This document shows positions 12,129-21,820 of a DNA stretch of 55,814 bases, piece by piece (the first letter of the stretch is position 1; the number at the start of each line of letters is the position of its first letter). The position numbers and the translations under genes were made by a program. The stretch spans positions 1 through 55,814 of the forward strand of contig JAZORZ010000063.1 of assembly GCA_045656885.1 (NCBI GenBank), in the 5' to 3' direction. The notes beneath the pieces were generated by a model. That model saw only the letters and a list, made by a program, of their open reading frames with translations. It had not been told where the DNA came from and searched no databases. The DNA comes from Eubacteriales bacterium. GTDB taxonomy: Bacteria; Bacillota; Clostridia; Oscillospirales; CAG-272.

Positions 12129-12719
12129 TCAATTATTTTTAATAAGGTCGCGCATACGCTTGGCAAAGTTCTTTTTGTTGTACGGCAAAATGAAATCTGT
12201 TGCTTCAGCCAACGCTTCTTCTTCGGCATAAAGCTCTTGCTTTTCCACGAGCAAAATAACTCTTTCACATTTGATGCTCTCGTCTACTCCCTTACATTGA
12301 AAAAAGAGTTCTTTTTCCGCTTCTACGTATACCTGGTAATCAAGCTCGTCAAGCGATTGCATGACATTCCATTTGCTGTTTTCAAAATCAAAATGAGGTG
12401 TGGCATCTGCCAAAAATAATGTTTTGTTGCAATAAAAGTATCCGTAATCACCGGGATCTTCGCTTTTTGGGAAAAATTGCAAAGGCAAGTTGTTTTTGAT
12501 GATCAGCTTATGTAGCCTGTATCCGTACGAGAGCGTGAAAAGCCACATATAGTTCGAGCGCCTTCCGTATATGCGTTTCATCTCTTTGCGAACAGCAGAA
12601 AGATGATATATAACAAAATCGATCGGCGTGTAAAGGAGCGCAAACAAAAGAAATGGAATGATAAAAAGGAAGGTGATGATCCCGACAATCACGGGGGAGT
12701 CTGTAATCTTTTTCTTCAT
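12129..12719 (-). CDS. Hypothetical protein with an N-terminal TM segment
   Basis: 196-aa ORF with AGGAGG RBS, AT-rich. Confidence 0.75.
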   Translation of the reverse strand: MKKKITDSPVIVGIITFLFIIPFLLFALLYTPIDFVIYHLSAVRKEMKRIYGRRSNYMWLFTLSYGYRLHKLIIKNNLPLQFFPKSEDPGDYGYFYCNKTLFLADATPHFDFENSKWNVMQSLDELDYQVYVEAEKELFFQCKGVDESIKCERVILLVEKQELYAEEEALAEATDFILPYNKKNFAKRMRDLIKNN

Positions 12720-12742
12720 AAAACCTCCTGTAAGAAAAATGC

Positions 12743-13306
12743 TTAAAAATCCGCCACGTGTTTACGAATATACTTTTTGAGATAGGTTTCAAGCGGCTCC
12801 ATTTCGTAGTATGCCTCGTCGTAATCGTCAAAGGGATATTCTTCTGCTTTCTCTTCAAATTCCTCGATTTTTTCTATGTCAAAAAAGGAAAGCTCGGTTA
12901 CGCTGATGTTGTTTTTCTTGATGAAATCATCAAACAGTTTTTTGTGAGCGGTTGCACCCACGATTTCCATATATTCGCTAACAAAGGGGGCGGCAATACG
13001 ACTTGAATTTACCAAAAACTGACACAAGCCACCATTGTTCACTTCCATTTCTAACCAATTTAAGGCATAAAACACCTTTTGAGAAGTATTTAGCGCGTTA
13101 AAGCCATCGGTGAGTTCTTCAAAACTATCCACCTTGTTTTCTGTTCTTACATTGACTGCCTCGAACAATTCTTCATCGTCAAGCGCGGCGAGTTCGTCGG
13201 TTGTCATAACAGGGTAGCGTATCTCTCTCTCCCTTATCGCTTCAAGCTCTTTTGCGAGATTTTTTCTCAAGGCAAAAAACGCCTTTATTGTACCAAAAAG
13301 TCCCAT
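12743..13306 (-). CDS. DUF4375 / DMP19-family protein
   Basis: LEMEVNNGGLCQFLVNSS signature and a very acidic C-terminus. Confidence 0.8.
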   Translation of the reverse strand: MGLFGTIKAFFALRKNLAKELEAIREREIRYPVMTTDELAALDDEELFEAVNVRTENKVDSFEELTDGFNALNTSQKVFYALNWLEMEVNNGGLCQFLVNSSRIAAPFVSEYMEIVGATAHKKLFDDFIKKNNISVTELSFFDIEKIEEFEEKAEEYPFDDYDEAYYEMEPLETYLKKYIRKHVADF

Positions 13307-13432
13307 AATCTTTCCCCTTTGCAGTGAATGAGTGATGAATTTATTGTATCACACGTGCAGATGTTTGTCAACGGATGCCGTTAACTTTCTTAAAAGTAGA
13401 TAACCATTTTTGAAAAACTCATTTGCGCATCC

Positions 13433-13605
13433 ACATTCTTAGCTCGTAGGGTTGGTGGTCCCTACGAGCTAGCGATAGCAAAGCGCGTCACAAGGACGCG
13501 CGCCGACTGTCTATTCGTAAACTAACAAACTGATTTTGATCATTTTTGTACGCAAGTTCTTGAAAGGGGTGTGGGGGAAACTTCTCTCAAGAAGTTTCCC
13601 CCACA
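13433..13605 (+). repeat. Dispersed structured repeat family A, copy 4
   Basis: AGCTCGTAGGG-TTGGTGGT-CCCTACGAGCT, GCAAAGCGCG hairpin, CCGACTGTCT and the terminal GTGGGGGAAACTTCT..AGAAGTTTCCCCCAC hairpin. Confidence 0.85.
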
Positions 13606-13617
13606 AAAAACGTGTCC

Positions 13618-14805
13618 TCACAATAGTGAACTATCAATATCAAATGTATCACTCTTATGTGCCACGCGGACGGCGTGCGAATGGCTGTAAACGTTATGTA
13701 AGAGCCCCATCATCATAAAGACGGCAAGCATTGAGGAGCCGCCGCAGGAGAGGAAGGGGAGCGTGATGCCGATAACGGGCAAGATTCCAAGGCACATACC
13801 AAGGTTGAGCAGTACCTGCACCGCGAGCACACTGCCGACACCCACGCAAATGAGTCCGCCATAGTCGGAGTGGCTGGCAAAGCGCGCAATCATGAAGATG
13901 CGAACCACCATAACGATGAGCACGACAACTACCAAAAATCCGCCAAGAAAGCCGAATTTTTCGCACACGGTAGCAAAAATAAAGTCCGTATGAGAAGCGG
14001 CAAGCGTTTCGTAATGCTCTCCGCCGAGCACACCCTTGCCGATCAGTCCGCCTGCGGCAATGGCGTCCTTGCTGAGCAGCGGCTGCCAGCTGTATTTTGA
14101 ATCGGGGTAGGCCTCGGGGTTAAATCCCACGATAATGCGTTGCTGCTGATAGTCGGCAAGCATCTCCCAAAGAAAAGGGGAAAGCAGGACGGCAACGACC
14201 GCCACACCCGCAAAATAGAGGGGGTGGAGTCCCGCACAAAAGAGCATCAAGGCGATCATTGCTATATAAACGAGGGCTACGCCGAGGTCGCCCGAGGCGA
14301 GAATGGGTCCTACCACCAACAGGGCATGAGCCGCCAAAAGGAGCACGTTGAGCGGTTTGTTGATCTCGCGGCGTACCTTGAACAGGTGTCGCGAAAAGGT
14401 GCAAATAAAAGTGAATTTGATAAACTCCGAGGGCTGGATCATCAATCCTGTTCCGGGAATTTTGAGCCAGCTTTTGTTTGAGGTTTCCATGTTTTCGCCC
14501 GAGCTGCCGAGTACCAGGGTTAAAATAAGGAGTACCACCGAGCCGATGAGCATATAGAGCCAAAGCTTGTCAACAATCACCCGAAAATCAAAGAACGCCA
14601 CGGCAACGGTCACAAAGATACCGAGGACGAATATGAATACCTGCATGCGGAGCTTCGACATACCAAAGTTATCGACCGCACCCCAAACGGTCACGATGCT
14701 GATAATAGAAAGAAGCGTAGCACAGCCGAACAAAATGGGGTCAATGTTCAAAATTGCCTCTTTGAGCACGGCTCTTATTCTGTTCCAATTGACGTGCATA
14801 GCCAC
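13618..14805 (-). CDS. rodA: SEDS family (RodA/FtsW/SpoVE) peptidoglycan glycosyltransferase
   Basis: IQPSEFIK, GDLG, YQQQRI, HTDFIFATVCEKFGFLG, GITLPFLSCGGSS. Confidence 0.85.
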   Translation of the reverse strand: MAMHVNWNRIRAVLKEAILNIDPILFGCATLLSIISIVTVWGAVDNFGMSKLRMQVFIFVLGIFVTVAVAFFDFRVIVDKLWLYMLIGSVVLLILTLVLGSSGENMETSNKSWLKIPGTGLMIQPSEFIKFTFICTFSRHLFKVRREINKPLNVLLLAAHALLVVGPILASGDLGVALVYIAMIALMLFCAGLHPLYFAGVAVVAVLLSPFLWEMLADYQQQRIIVGFNPEAYPDSKYSWQPLLSKDAIAAGGLIGKGVLGGEHYETLAASHTDFIFATVCEKFGFLGGFLVVVVLIVMVVRIFMIARFASHSDYGGLICVGVGSVLAVQVLLNLGMCLGILPVIGITLPFLSCGGSSMLAVFMMMGLLHNVYSHSHAVRVAHKSDTFDIDSSLL

Positions 14806-15112
14806 TCCTTTCCGCGCGCGGGCGCATATTTCGCTATTTTCATTATACCTTACTTTGCATTTTCTGTCAAGGCGTTTGGGCTATTTTTGAAGGAAAGATA
14901 ACAGAACGGTCACAAATGCATCTCCCATTCAGTTTTTTGGCAAAACGCGGCGCAGCGGTTGACATTTTTTGTCGTGTGTGCTATACTGTTCTTGAAAGGA
15001 TCAAAGGAATTTTACCAAAAAATAAAAATATTTTTATTTTCGAGTGATATATCCTTACAAAATGCCGTCTATTATGGTAGGATCCACAAAACCACAAAAA
15101 GGAGAAAGGAAA

Positions 15113-16858
15113 ATGAAAAAGACGTTCAGATCCGCAATGCTGATAGCCCTTACGGTGTTTGTTTTGTTCTCAGCGGTTGCCTGCAACTTCCTCTCGGGAA
15201 TTTCGACCACCGAGCAAACGGGAGAGTCGGCCAGCACACCGCAAGAGAGTACGCCCTTTGGAACAACTCCCGAGCCCACTCCCGAGGAAACAACGCCGGA
15301 AGCCACCACTCCGGAATCCACCACTCCCGAAGTAACAACTCCTGAAATCACAACTCCCGAAATCACAACTCCTGAAATTACAACCCCCGAGGTCACCACC
15401 CCCGAGAACACAACGCCCCCCGAGGACGACCCGGGTGAGGATCCCCCTATGATCGATCTGGAGGGATATGTCTACCGCGCCTACGTTCGCTCCAATTATG
15501 TTGGCAACAACCCTATTGAGGACGGCAATCCGAACTTCCAATGCGAGGACTTCTGGTATGACTATGCCACAGGCGGCGAGCCCGAAAACGCACTCTCGTA
15601 TGCTGTTTATTTGCGCAACCAAATGATTGAGAAGGAGTATAACGTAAAGATCCGCCAGACACCTCAAAGAGGTAACATGGCAGATGAAATGGAGCTTTTC
15701 TATCTTAACGGCGAATACTTTGACCTTTCCATCATTTTGGCAAAGTCCGGCGCACAGGTTGCCACCATGGGACTTTTGCAGGATTTGAACAGTCTCCCCC
15801 TGCTATCTTTGCAGGAATCTGCATACGATAAAAACTCTGTTCGCGAGCTTTCCATCGGCGGCAAGCTTTATTTCGTCAGCGGTGATATGAACATCTCCAC
15901 CTTGGACTGCCTTACCCCTACGGTTGTCAACATGGAGCTCTATGAAGCATTTGCAGAAGGTATCGTTGAACATTTTGGCGGCGACCTTGCCTTTACAAAC
16001 GTTTATAATTTGGTTTTGGAAGGCAAGTGGACGATTGCAAACATGTTGGAAATTGCAGCGCTTGCTTCTGTTGATTGCGACACAAGTGACGGCGCGCTCG
16101 GTTCTTCTGTTGACGATCTTGTCGGCTACTACCAATACGCTACATCTACGCTTTACTATTTCTACGGTGCGGGCGGACGCCTGACAGAGATCAATGACGA
16201 GGGTGTTCCCGAGTTTGTCATTCAAAACGAACAACATCAGGAGCTCTTCAATTACCTCTTCGACAACATGAACAGGAACAACCGCGATATTCAATATCCC
16301 TACGGTTGGTCTGCTGCAAGAAAAGCAAATTTCATTACCAACCGAAACACGCTCTTTACCGAAATGTCTTTGTGGGATCTTCGCAAGGACCTTTACTTCA
16401 ACGCTGATTTTGAATACGGTATTCTTCCCACGCCCACCTACAACGAGGGCGATGATTATCACTCGGTCGTTCATTTTTCAAACCTCGCGCACCTGTGGGC
16501 AATTCCCACCTATTGCAAAGATTCCCTCATCGCACAACTGATGATGGAGACCTTCGTGGCACTCTCCGACATTGCGGTGACCGATTCCACAATGGATGCA
16601 TACTACACCAGGACTCTTTCCTTTGCAGTTGCACTCAACCCCAATGCGCGCTATGCGATGAATATTATCAAAAACTCCACAGTTTATGATATCGGTCTGC
16701 TTTACAACTGGGGCGGCTTTGTAGAGGAGCTTGAAAAGCTTGGTGAAAGAATTTATAACAACTATGGTTCTCTCATCTACATGATGCCCGAAAATGCAAT
16801 TCCGGATCTTGAGGCGACCATTGAGCGCTTTATCAATCCCGGGCTTTCCGAAAATTGA
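15113..16858 (+). CDS. Lipoprotein, extracellular solute-binding-protein-like, with a Thr/Pro/Glu-rich linker
   Basis: Lipobox (FSAVA-C), (x)TTPE repeats, and SBP-like motifs (AVYLRNQMIEKEYNVKI, GKWTI, YGILPTP). Confidence 0.8.
   Translation: MKKTFRSAMLIALTVFVLFSAVACNFLSGISTTEQTGESASTPQESTPFGTTPEPTPEETTPEATTPESTTPEVTTPEITTPEITTPEITTPEVTTPENTTPPEDDPGEDPPMIDLEGYVYRAYVRSNYVGNNPIEDGNPNFQCEDFWYDYATGGEPENALSYAVYLRNQMIEKEYNVKIRQTPQRGNMADEMELFYLNGEYFDLSIILAKSGAQVATMGLLQDLNSLPLLSLQESAYDKNSVRELSIGGKLYFVSGDMNISTLDCLTPTVVNMELYEAFAEGIVEHFGGDLAFTNVYNLVLEGKWTIANMLEIAALASVDCDTSDGALGSSVDDLVGYYQYATSTLYYFYGAGGRLTEINDEGVPEFVIQNEQHQELFNYLFDNMNRNNRDIQYPYGWSAARKANFITNRNTLFTEMSLWDLRKDLYFNADFEYGILPTPTYNEGDDYHSVVHFSNLAHLWAIPTYCKDSLIAQLMMETFVALSDIAVTDSTMDAYYTRTLSFAVALNPNARYAMNIIKNSTVYDIGLLYNWGGFVEELEKLGERIYNNYGSLIYMMPENAIPDLEATIERFINPGLSEN
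15262..15424 (+). repeat. Intragenic 15-bp tandem repeats encoding (x)TTPE
   Basis: About 9-10 degenerate units such as ATCACAACTCCCGAA. Confidence 0.85.
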
Positions 16859-16898
16859 TATCGATTCGCCGGCACCCATGTGCGGTTGCAATTTTACA

Positions 16899-16943
16899 AA
16901 CAAGCAGGCAGGGCCGCCCTACGCGGTCCTGCCTGCTTGTTTT
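16899..16943 (+). terminator. Intrinsic terminator
   Basis: AACAAGCAGGCAGG...CCTGCCTGCTTGTTTT. Confidence 0.7.
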
Positions 16944-17096
16944 CGCCCCAAAGCGACAAAATATTAACAAATCCTGCCAAAAATTTCGCATAACATCTTG
17001 ATTTTTTGAGAATAATATATTACAATATATACGATTATGATTTTTTGAAAAAACTGTTTATCAGTTTCCCCAATGGCGGGAGAGAAAGGATATCTT

Positions 17097-18173
17097 ATGG
17101 CATTTAAGAAGATTGGCGTTCTCACCTCGGGCGGCGATGCTCCGGGTATGAACGCATGTGTAAAAGCGGTTTTCAATCGCGCAACCGAAATGGGCATTGA
17201 GGTTGTTGGCATTATGGGCGGTTATGCAGGCCTCGTCAATGGCGAGATCGTACCGATGACACGTCAAATGCTCACCAACGCAATGACTGTTGGCGGCACC
17301 CGTTTGTATTCCAGCCGTTTCCCCGAGTTCAAAGAGCACGAGGTGCGCTTGAAGGCAGTTGAAATGTGCAAAAAGCAGGGCATTGATGCACTCATCTGCA
17401 TTGGCGGCGACGGAACCTTCCGCGGCGCTACCGAGATGACCAAGCTTGGCATTCCTTCCATTGGCATTCCCGGCACCATCGATAACGATATTACCGCGAC
17501 CGATTATACCATCGGTCTCGATACCTCCATCAACACCACCCTGCGTATGATCGACAACCTCAAGGATACCTGCGAATCCCACGCACGTCTCAACGTTGTT
17601 GAGGTTATGGGCCGCGACTGCGGACAGATCGCACTCTATGCGGCAATTGCAAGTGCGGCAGTTGCAGTAGCCATTCCCGAGGTTCCCTTCGACGAGGAAG
17701 CAGCCATCAAAAAGATCGCACATCTGCGCGATATGGGTAAGAGAGGCATGATCGTAGTTGTTTCCGAGGGCGTTATGAACTCCGATGGCACACGTTTTGC
17801 CGAGAGCTTTGCAAAGAGAATTGAGGAGGAGACCGGTGTAGAGACCAAGTTTGCACGCTTCTCTCACGTTGTTCGCGGTGGCAGACCTACCATGCGCGAC
17901 CGTGCAACGGCAGCGCACATGGCAGTCAGAGCGGTTGAGCTTTTGGCAGAGGGCAAGAGCAACGTTGTTATGTGCGAGCTCGAAGGATTTATTCGTCCCG
18001 TCGATATTCAATTTGCGCTTATTGCAGACCGTATGTATAAAAATAAGCTTCAGGATGGCGATCTTGACAGATTTACTCCCGAACAGCTTGAGGGCATGAA
18101 GCTGCTTTGTGCAAAGCGCCGCGAGGAGATTGAGAATCTTTATAAAGTTGCAGGACACGTTGGCTTTAGATAA
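17097..18173 (+). CDS. pfkA: ATP-dependent 6-phosphofructokinase
   Basis: GVLTSGGDAPGMN, IGGDGTF, PGTIDND, VEVMGR. Confidence 0.95.
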   Translation: MAFKKIGVLTSGGDAPGMNACVKAVFNRATEMGIEVVGIMGGYAGLVNGEIVPMTRQMLTNAMTVGGTRLYSSRFPEFKEHEVRLKAVEMCKKQGIDALICIGGDGTFRGATEMTKLGIPSIGIPGTIDNDITATDYTIGLDTSINTTLRMIDNLKDTCESHARLNVVEVMGRDCGQIALYAAIASAAVAVAIPEVPFDEEAAIKKIAHLRDMGKRGMIVVVSEGVMNSDGTRFAESFAKRIEEETGVETKFARFSHVVRGGRPTMRDRATAAHMAVRAVELLAEGKSNVVMCELEGFIRPVDIQFALIADRMYKNKLQDGDLDRFTPEQLEGMKLLCAKRREEIENLYKVAGHVGFR

Positions 18174-18481
18174 AAGACGGCTTCGAAATTCGCGCCGAAC
18201 AAAAGCCACACTTTAAAAGCAATTTAAATTCAATTTAAACTTGACACACACAAATAAAAGGTTGAAACCCGTCGAGAAAATCGACGGGTTTCTTCATTTT
18301 CGGTGTGTGGCTTTTTAGCCGCGCTCGACCTCTCTGCCGTACTTTTGTACGGCGACGAGTGGTCGATCACGTCTTCTGCATCGAATTTCGCGCGCCTTTT
18401 ACGGCTTCGCAATTTGCGCAGAACGAAAGCAAAAAGTAATAAAGAACAGCGAATGAGGTTTTCTCATTTGCTGTTCTTTGT

Positions 18482-18832
18482 TTATGCAAATATTCCCATC
18501 AACGCCTCAATCCAAACGGGTACAAGGAACAAAACCGCAGAGATGCTGATTGTTCCAAAGGGCAAAAATTGCCAGAGAAAGGCGGAAAGGTAACGCTCTT
18601 TTATCCATCGCTTTATCGAGAGAACGATCCCCAAAATGCAATAGATAGGGGTGAAAACGATTATCGTGGTCGCCACTACCCAAAACACCTGCATGGACGA
18701 CCAATCCCAACCGATCGCCACCAAATAGAACAATGCGGCGGCAGATACCATCCAAGAGGTGGAAAGATAGAAATATGACAAAATAATGTTGCTGATGATG
18801 CAAAGAACTTTTTTCATATTTTGTTGCCTCAA
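18482..18832 (-). CDS. Small hypothetical membrane protein (start may be 18817)
   Basis: 3 hydrophobic segments. Overlaps the stop codon of the upstream hydrolase. Confidence 0.65.
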   Translation of the reverse strand: MRQQNMKKVLCIISNIILSYFYLSTSWMVSAAALFYLVAIGWDWSSMQVFWVVATTIIVFTPIYCILGIVLSIKRWIKERYLSAFLWQFLPFGTISISAVLFLVPVWIEALMGIFA

Positions 18833-20352
18833 CTTCTCACCGTTGCCAAAACCGTTTTCACCTTGTCACCGTAGTGAACCTCAATTTCAATCGGTTTTTC
18901 GCACAGAGCGGTGATGATGGGTTCTTCATCCGCGCTTGCTCTCTCTGCACAAATCAAATCGACGGAAAGCTCACCCAAGGGGTAATTCTTAACGCCGTGC
19001 TCTTCGACAAGACGAATATCCCAAACGATTTTTTCTTCTCTTGCATGGGGATGAATTCCGAATACGTATTCAAACAGGATGCTGATGGGGAAGAGTCCCG
19101 ACCATCCCACAAAATTGGGCTTTGCGGGCGCACCCTTGGAGGTGCTTTCGGGCATATAGTTTTCGTAGATGGTTCCGTCGTTTTGGAACACCGTGACTAC
19201 GTTTTCAAGGCAATTTCGTGCAATGTCGTAGGCGAGAGCGTGGTAGCCGTTCTTCTCAAGTCCCTTGAGCACCATATAGTTGGTGGGCGCCCAAACGCTA
19301 CCCTTCCAATATCTGCCCTGCGGGCTGTAATTGGGGGTATCTGCCGAAAGGGAAGGAACACGGCAGGGACGCTTGAACTCCTTTTCGTTGTCGAGGTGTG
19401 CTACAAATCGTGCAAGTCTTTCGGGCGGAATGATGTCCGCCAGGAGCGCCCAATACGCGCCAATCGACTTGACCTTGTTCAGCTCTCCGTTCTTCCAAAG
19501 ATCGTAGTAGAAGGCATCATCCTCGTGCCAGAGCTTGTCGTTGATAACAGAGGTCAGATGCTTGACTTCTTCTTTGAGAACGGCTATGTTTTTATCATCG
19601 GCACGCCCGATGATGTCTGCAATTTGAATGAGGATCTTTGCCGAGAGCACCTGCTGAATGCAAGCGTCTACCCATACCATGTGACCGTGTGAAAAGGCAA
19701 CGTTGTAGCTCGATTCAAAGCGAGGCATATTGTCCATTCCGCAGCCCCAACCCGTCGACCAATAGGTGCCGTCGCGCCAGGTGCGGTACTCTTTTAGCCA
19801 CAGATGGTATGCAAGAAGGGGGTCAAAAATCTTTTCAAGACGTTCTACGTCACCCGTTTGCGAGTAGTATTCCCACTCCGACCAACCAAGAATGTTCGGG
19901 CCCGTAGAGGACGGGTCGTGTCTTGAGAAATGCTCGCTTGCACGAAATTCACAAAGCTCGCGGCAAATGTAGCCGTCCTTGTGCTGATGCGAGTAGAAAT
20001 TGTCGAGCGTTTTTTGAAAATTGAACGCACGTGCGCCGTATTTGCCAAACATCACGATAAAGGAGGAATCCCACATAAAGAGGTATCCGTTAAACGCGGT
20101 GTCAATAAAGTTGGAAACAAAATGGAACTCACCGTTGGCAGGGCGCAGATTGGCAAACGCCGTGCGCCACGCATAGTTGTAGCAGGCAAGCACGTCGTTG
20201 CGACCGCGCCAAACAGGAGAGGGAAGCAGATGCGCGATCTCCTCGTATTTGGGGAGCGGTGCATTCTCTGCGGGCATCGAAAGAAATACGTTGTTCTTAA
20301 CAATCGGCGACGCCTCATAGGTTAAATCCTGATTCATTTGAAAGCTTGGCAT
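18829..20352 (-). CDS. GH63/MGH1-like (alpha/alpha)6 glycoside hydrolase
   Basis: FMWDSSF, GCGMDNMPR, YWKGSVWAPTNYM, IYENY, FVGWSG. Confidence 0.8.
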   Translation of the reverse strand: MPSFQMNQDLTYEASPIVKNNVFLSMPAENAPLPKYEEIAHLLPSPVWRGRNDVLACYNYAWRTAFANLRPANGEFHFVSNFIDTAFNGYLFMWDSSFIVMFGKYGARAFNFQKTLDNFYSHQHKDGYICRELCEFRASEHFSRHDPSSTGPNILGWSEWEYYSQTGDVERLEKIFDPLLAYHLWLKEYRTWRDGTYWSTGWGCGMDNMPRFESSYNVAFSHGHMVWVDACIQQVLSAKILIQIADIIGRADDKNIAVLKEEVKHLTSVINDKLWHEDDAFYYDLWKNGELNKVKSIGAYWALLADIIPPERLARFVAHLDNEKEFKRPCRVPSLSADTPNYSPQGRYWKGSVWAPTNYMVLKGLEKNGYHALAYDIARNCLENVVTVFQNDGTIYENYMPESTSKGAPAKPNFVGWSGLFPISILFEYVFGIHPHAREEKIVWDIRLVEEHGVKNYPLGELSVDLICAERASADEEPIITALCEKPIEIEVHYGDKVKTVLATVRS

Positions 20353-20490
20353 AATGGTACCTCTTTTCAAGTAGTGAGTTTATTATAGCATAGATGTCGG
20401 CTTTTTTCAAGAGGAAGAAGGAACAAAAGAAAAAAAGAAAAGCAACCCCGATGGGTTGCTTTTGTGCGGTGTTGCAAAAATAGAGATTGC

Positions 20491-20904
20491 TCAATTTTCA
20501 ATGAGCTTTTCCAATTTTGAACCTTCCTTAACGTACCTTACGCTTCCATCACCGGAGTGACATACAAAAAACTCCTTGGAAAAATAGACCGGGCCGGTGA
20601 GTAACGGAATTGTTCCACCCGCGTGGTCTTCATGGTAAGTGGTTTTTGTTCTGAATAAATAAATCGCGCCGTCCGAGGCCTCTCGCCAGACAAACTCAAC
20701 GCGCCCCGATATAGTGGTGTTGGAATGAGAATAGTAATATTCACAGTATCCGGTTTGATCTCTTTTGAATACGTAATATTGCTCATCGCTACGCACGCTA
20801 TGAAAATACTTTTTTCCGTAGGCAATGGGATTTTTCCCGGAGGTGCAAGACACCATAGTGATTACGATAGCCAAAAGCGCCAATACAGATAATACCTTTT
20901 TCAT
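20491..20904 (-). CDS. Hypothetical lipoprotein
   Basis: GGAGG RBS and MKKVLSVLALLAIVITMVS-C lipobox. Confidence 0.75.
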   Translation of the reverse strand: MKKVLSVLALLAIVITMVSCTSGKNPIAYGKKYFHSVRSDEQYYVFKRDQTGYCEYYYSHSNTTISGRVEFVWREASDGAIYLFRTKTTYHEDHAGGTIPLLTGPVYFSKEFFVCHSGDGSVRYVKEGSKLEKLIEN

Positions 20905-21027
20905 GTTTCTGCCTCCACTGTTTGCGTTTGCTATATTATAGCATAAAATCAAGCGCTTGTCAAGGGCAAAGACTGCTCGCCCCAACCCCAAATCAATGTT
21001 TTTATGGCACAGAGCGTGAAATTGATC

Positions 21028-21253
21028 TTCTTTTTGGTTGCGGAGATGGGAGTCCCACCACATGGTCTCGCTGCGGCTCGTGTCACAAAAGTTGCCGCAG
21101 GCAACTTGGCGGTTCTGACAGTCCACCGGACTGTCATTCATTGCCGCTCGGCCGTTCGCAAAACGCTATGCGTTTTTCTCACTACCTCCGAGTTATTCGC
21201 CCGTCGGGCTCATAACCCTGCGCCCACGTGGGTGCAACCAACATCACAACCAA
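21028..21253. pseudogene. Two degenerate tRNA-fMet-derived segments: a minus-strand copy with a ~120-bp palindromic insert, and a plus-strand inverted copy
   Basis: 21028-21051 is identical to 21282-21305 (24 bp). 21184-21203 resembles the variable loop and anticodon arm. 21199-21252 reads GCCCGTCGGGCTCATAACCC...ACGTGG...CAACCA on the plus strand. Confidence 0.7.
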
Positions 21254-21288
21254 AAAGAAAAGCAACCCACAAAGGGTTGCTTTCTTTT

Positions 21289-21366
<78 letters not shown>

Positions 21367-21384
21367 ATATTATTTTCGGTCCCT

Positions 21385-21473
21385 TGGTGCCGGTGACCGG
21401 GATCGAACCGGTACGATGCTCTCGCATCACGGGATTTTAAGTCCCGGGCGTCTGCCTGTTCCGCCACACCGGC
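21385..21473 (-). tRNA. tRNA-Leu (TAA)
   Basis: GCCGGTGTGGCGGAACAGGCAGACGCCCGGGACTTAAAATCCCG, long variable arm, then GGTTCGATCCCGGTCACCGGCACCA. Confidence 0.95.
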
Positions 21474-21516
21474 AGGTAACACCAAGAGACTTGCGTCCTT
21501 TCGGTTCGCACTGCTT

Positions 21517-21545
21517 ATTATAGCACACACTATGCCCTTTGTCAA
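21517..21545 (-). promoter_or_regulatory. sigA promoter of the tRNA-Leu/tRNA-fMet operon
   Basis: TTGACA-17-TATAAT with an extended TG on the minus strand. Confidence 0.75.
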
Positions 21546-21820
21546 CCCCTTTTTCAAAAATCTTTTCATCTTTTTATATTTTTCGTTCGACCTTTTTCGC
21601 TTTGGCGATTGCAAAAAGCTTTTATTTCTTATCTGCTTTGTCAAAAACAGTCCCTTTATTTGTTGCACTTTTACCAAAAAACGTGCCGATATGTGAAACT
21701 TATGTAAAAACCCACCCAAAAACATTGACGGTATTGGGAATGTGTGCTATACTTTAGATGGAGTTATAAATACAATGTATTTATAACTCGGTGCAATTAA
21801 AACACAAAACGGAGGTACTT

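Noticed and set aside
15262-15424. Possible CRISPR-like or regulatory tandem array
   Set aside because: In-frame 15-bp coding repeats with no spacers, and no cas genes in the window.
20905-21141. N-terminal extension of the 216-aa ORF
   Set aside because: Runs through a promoter and tRNA-derived palindromes. The RBS and signal peptide place the start at 20904.
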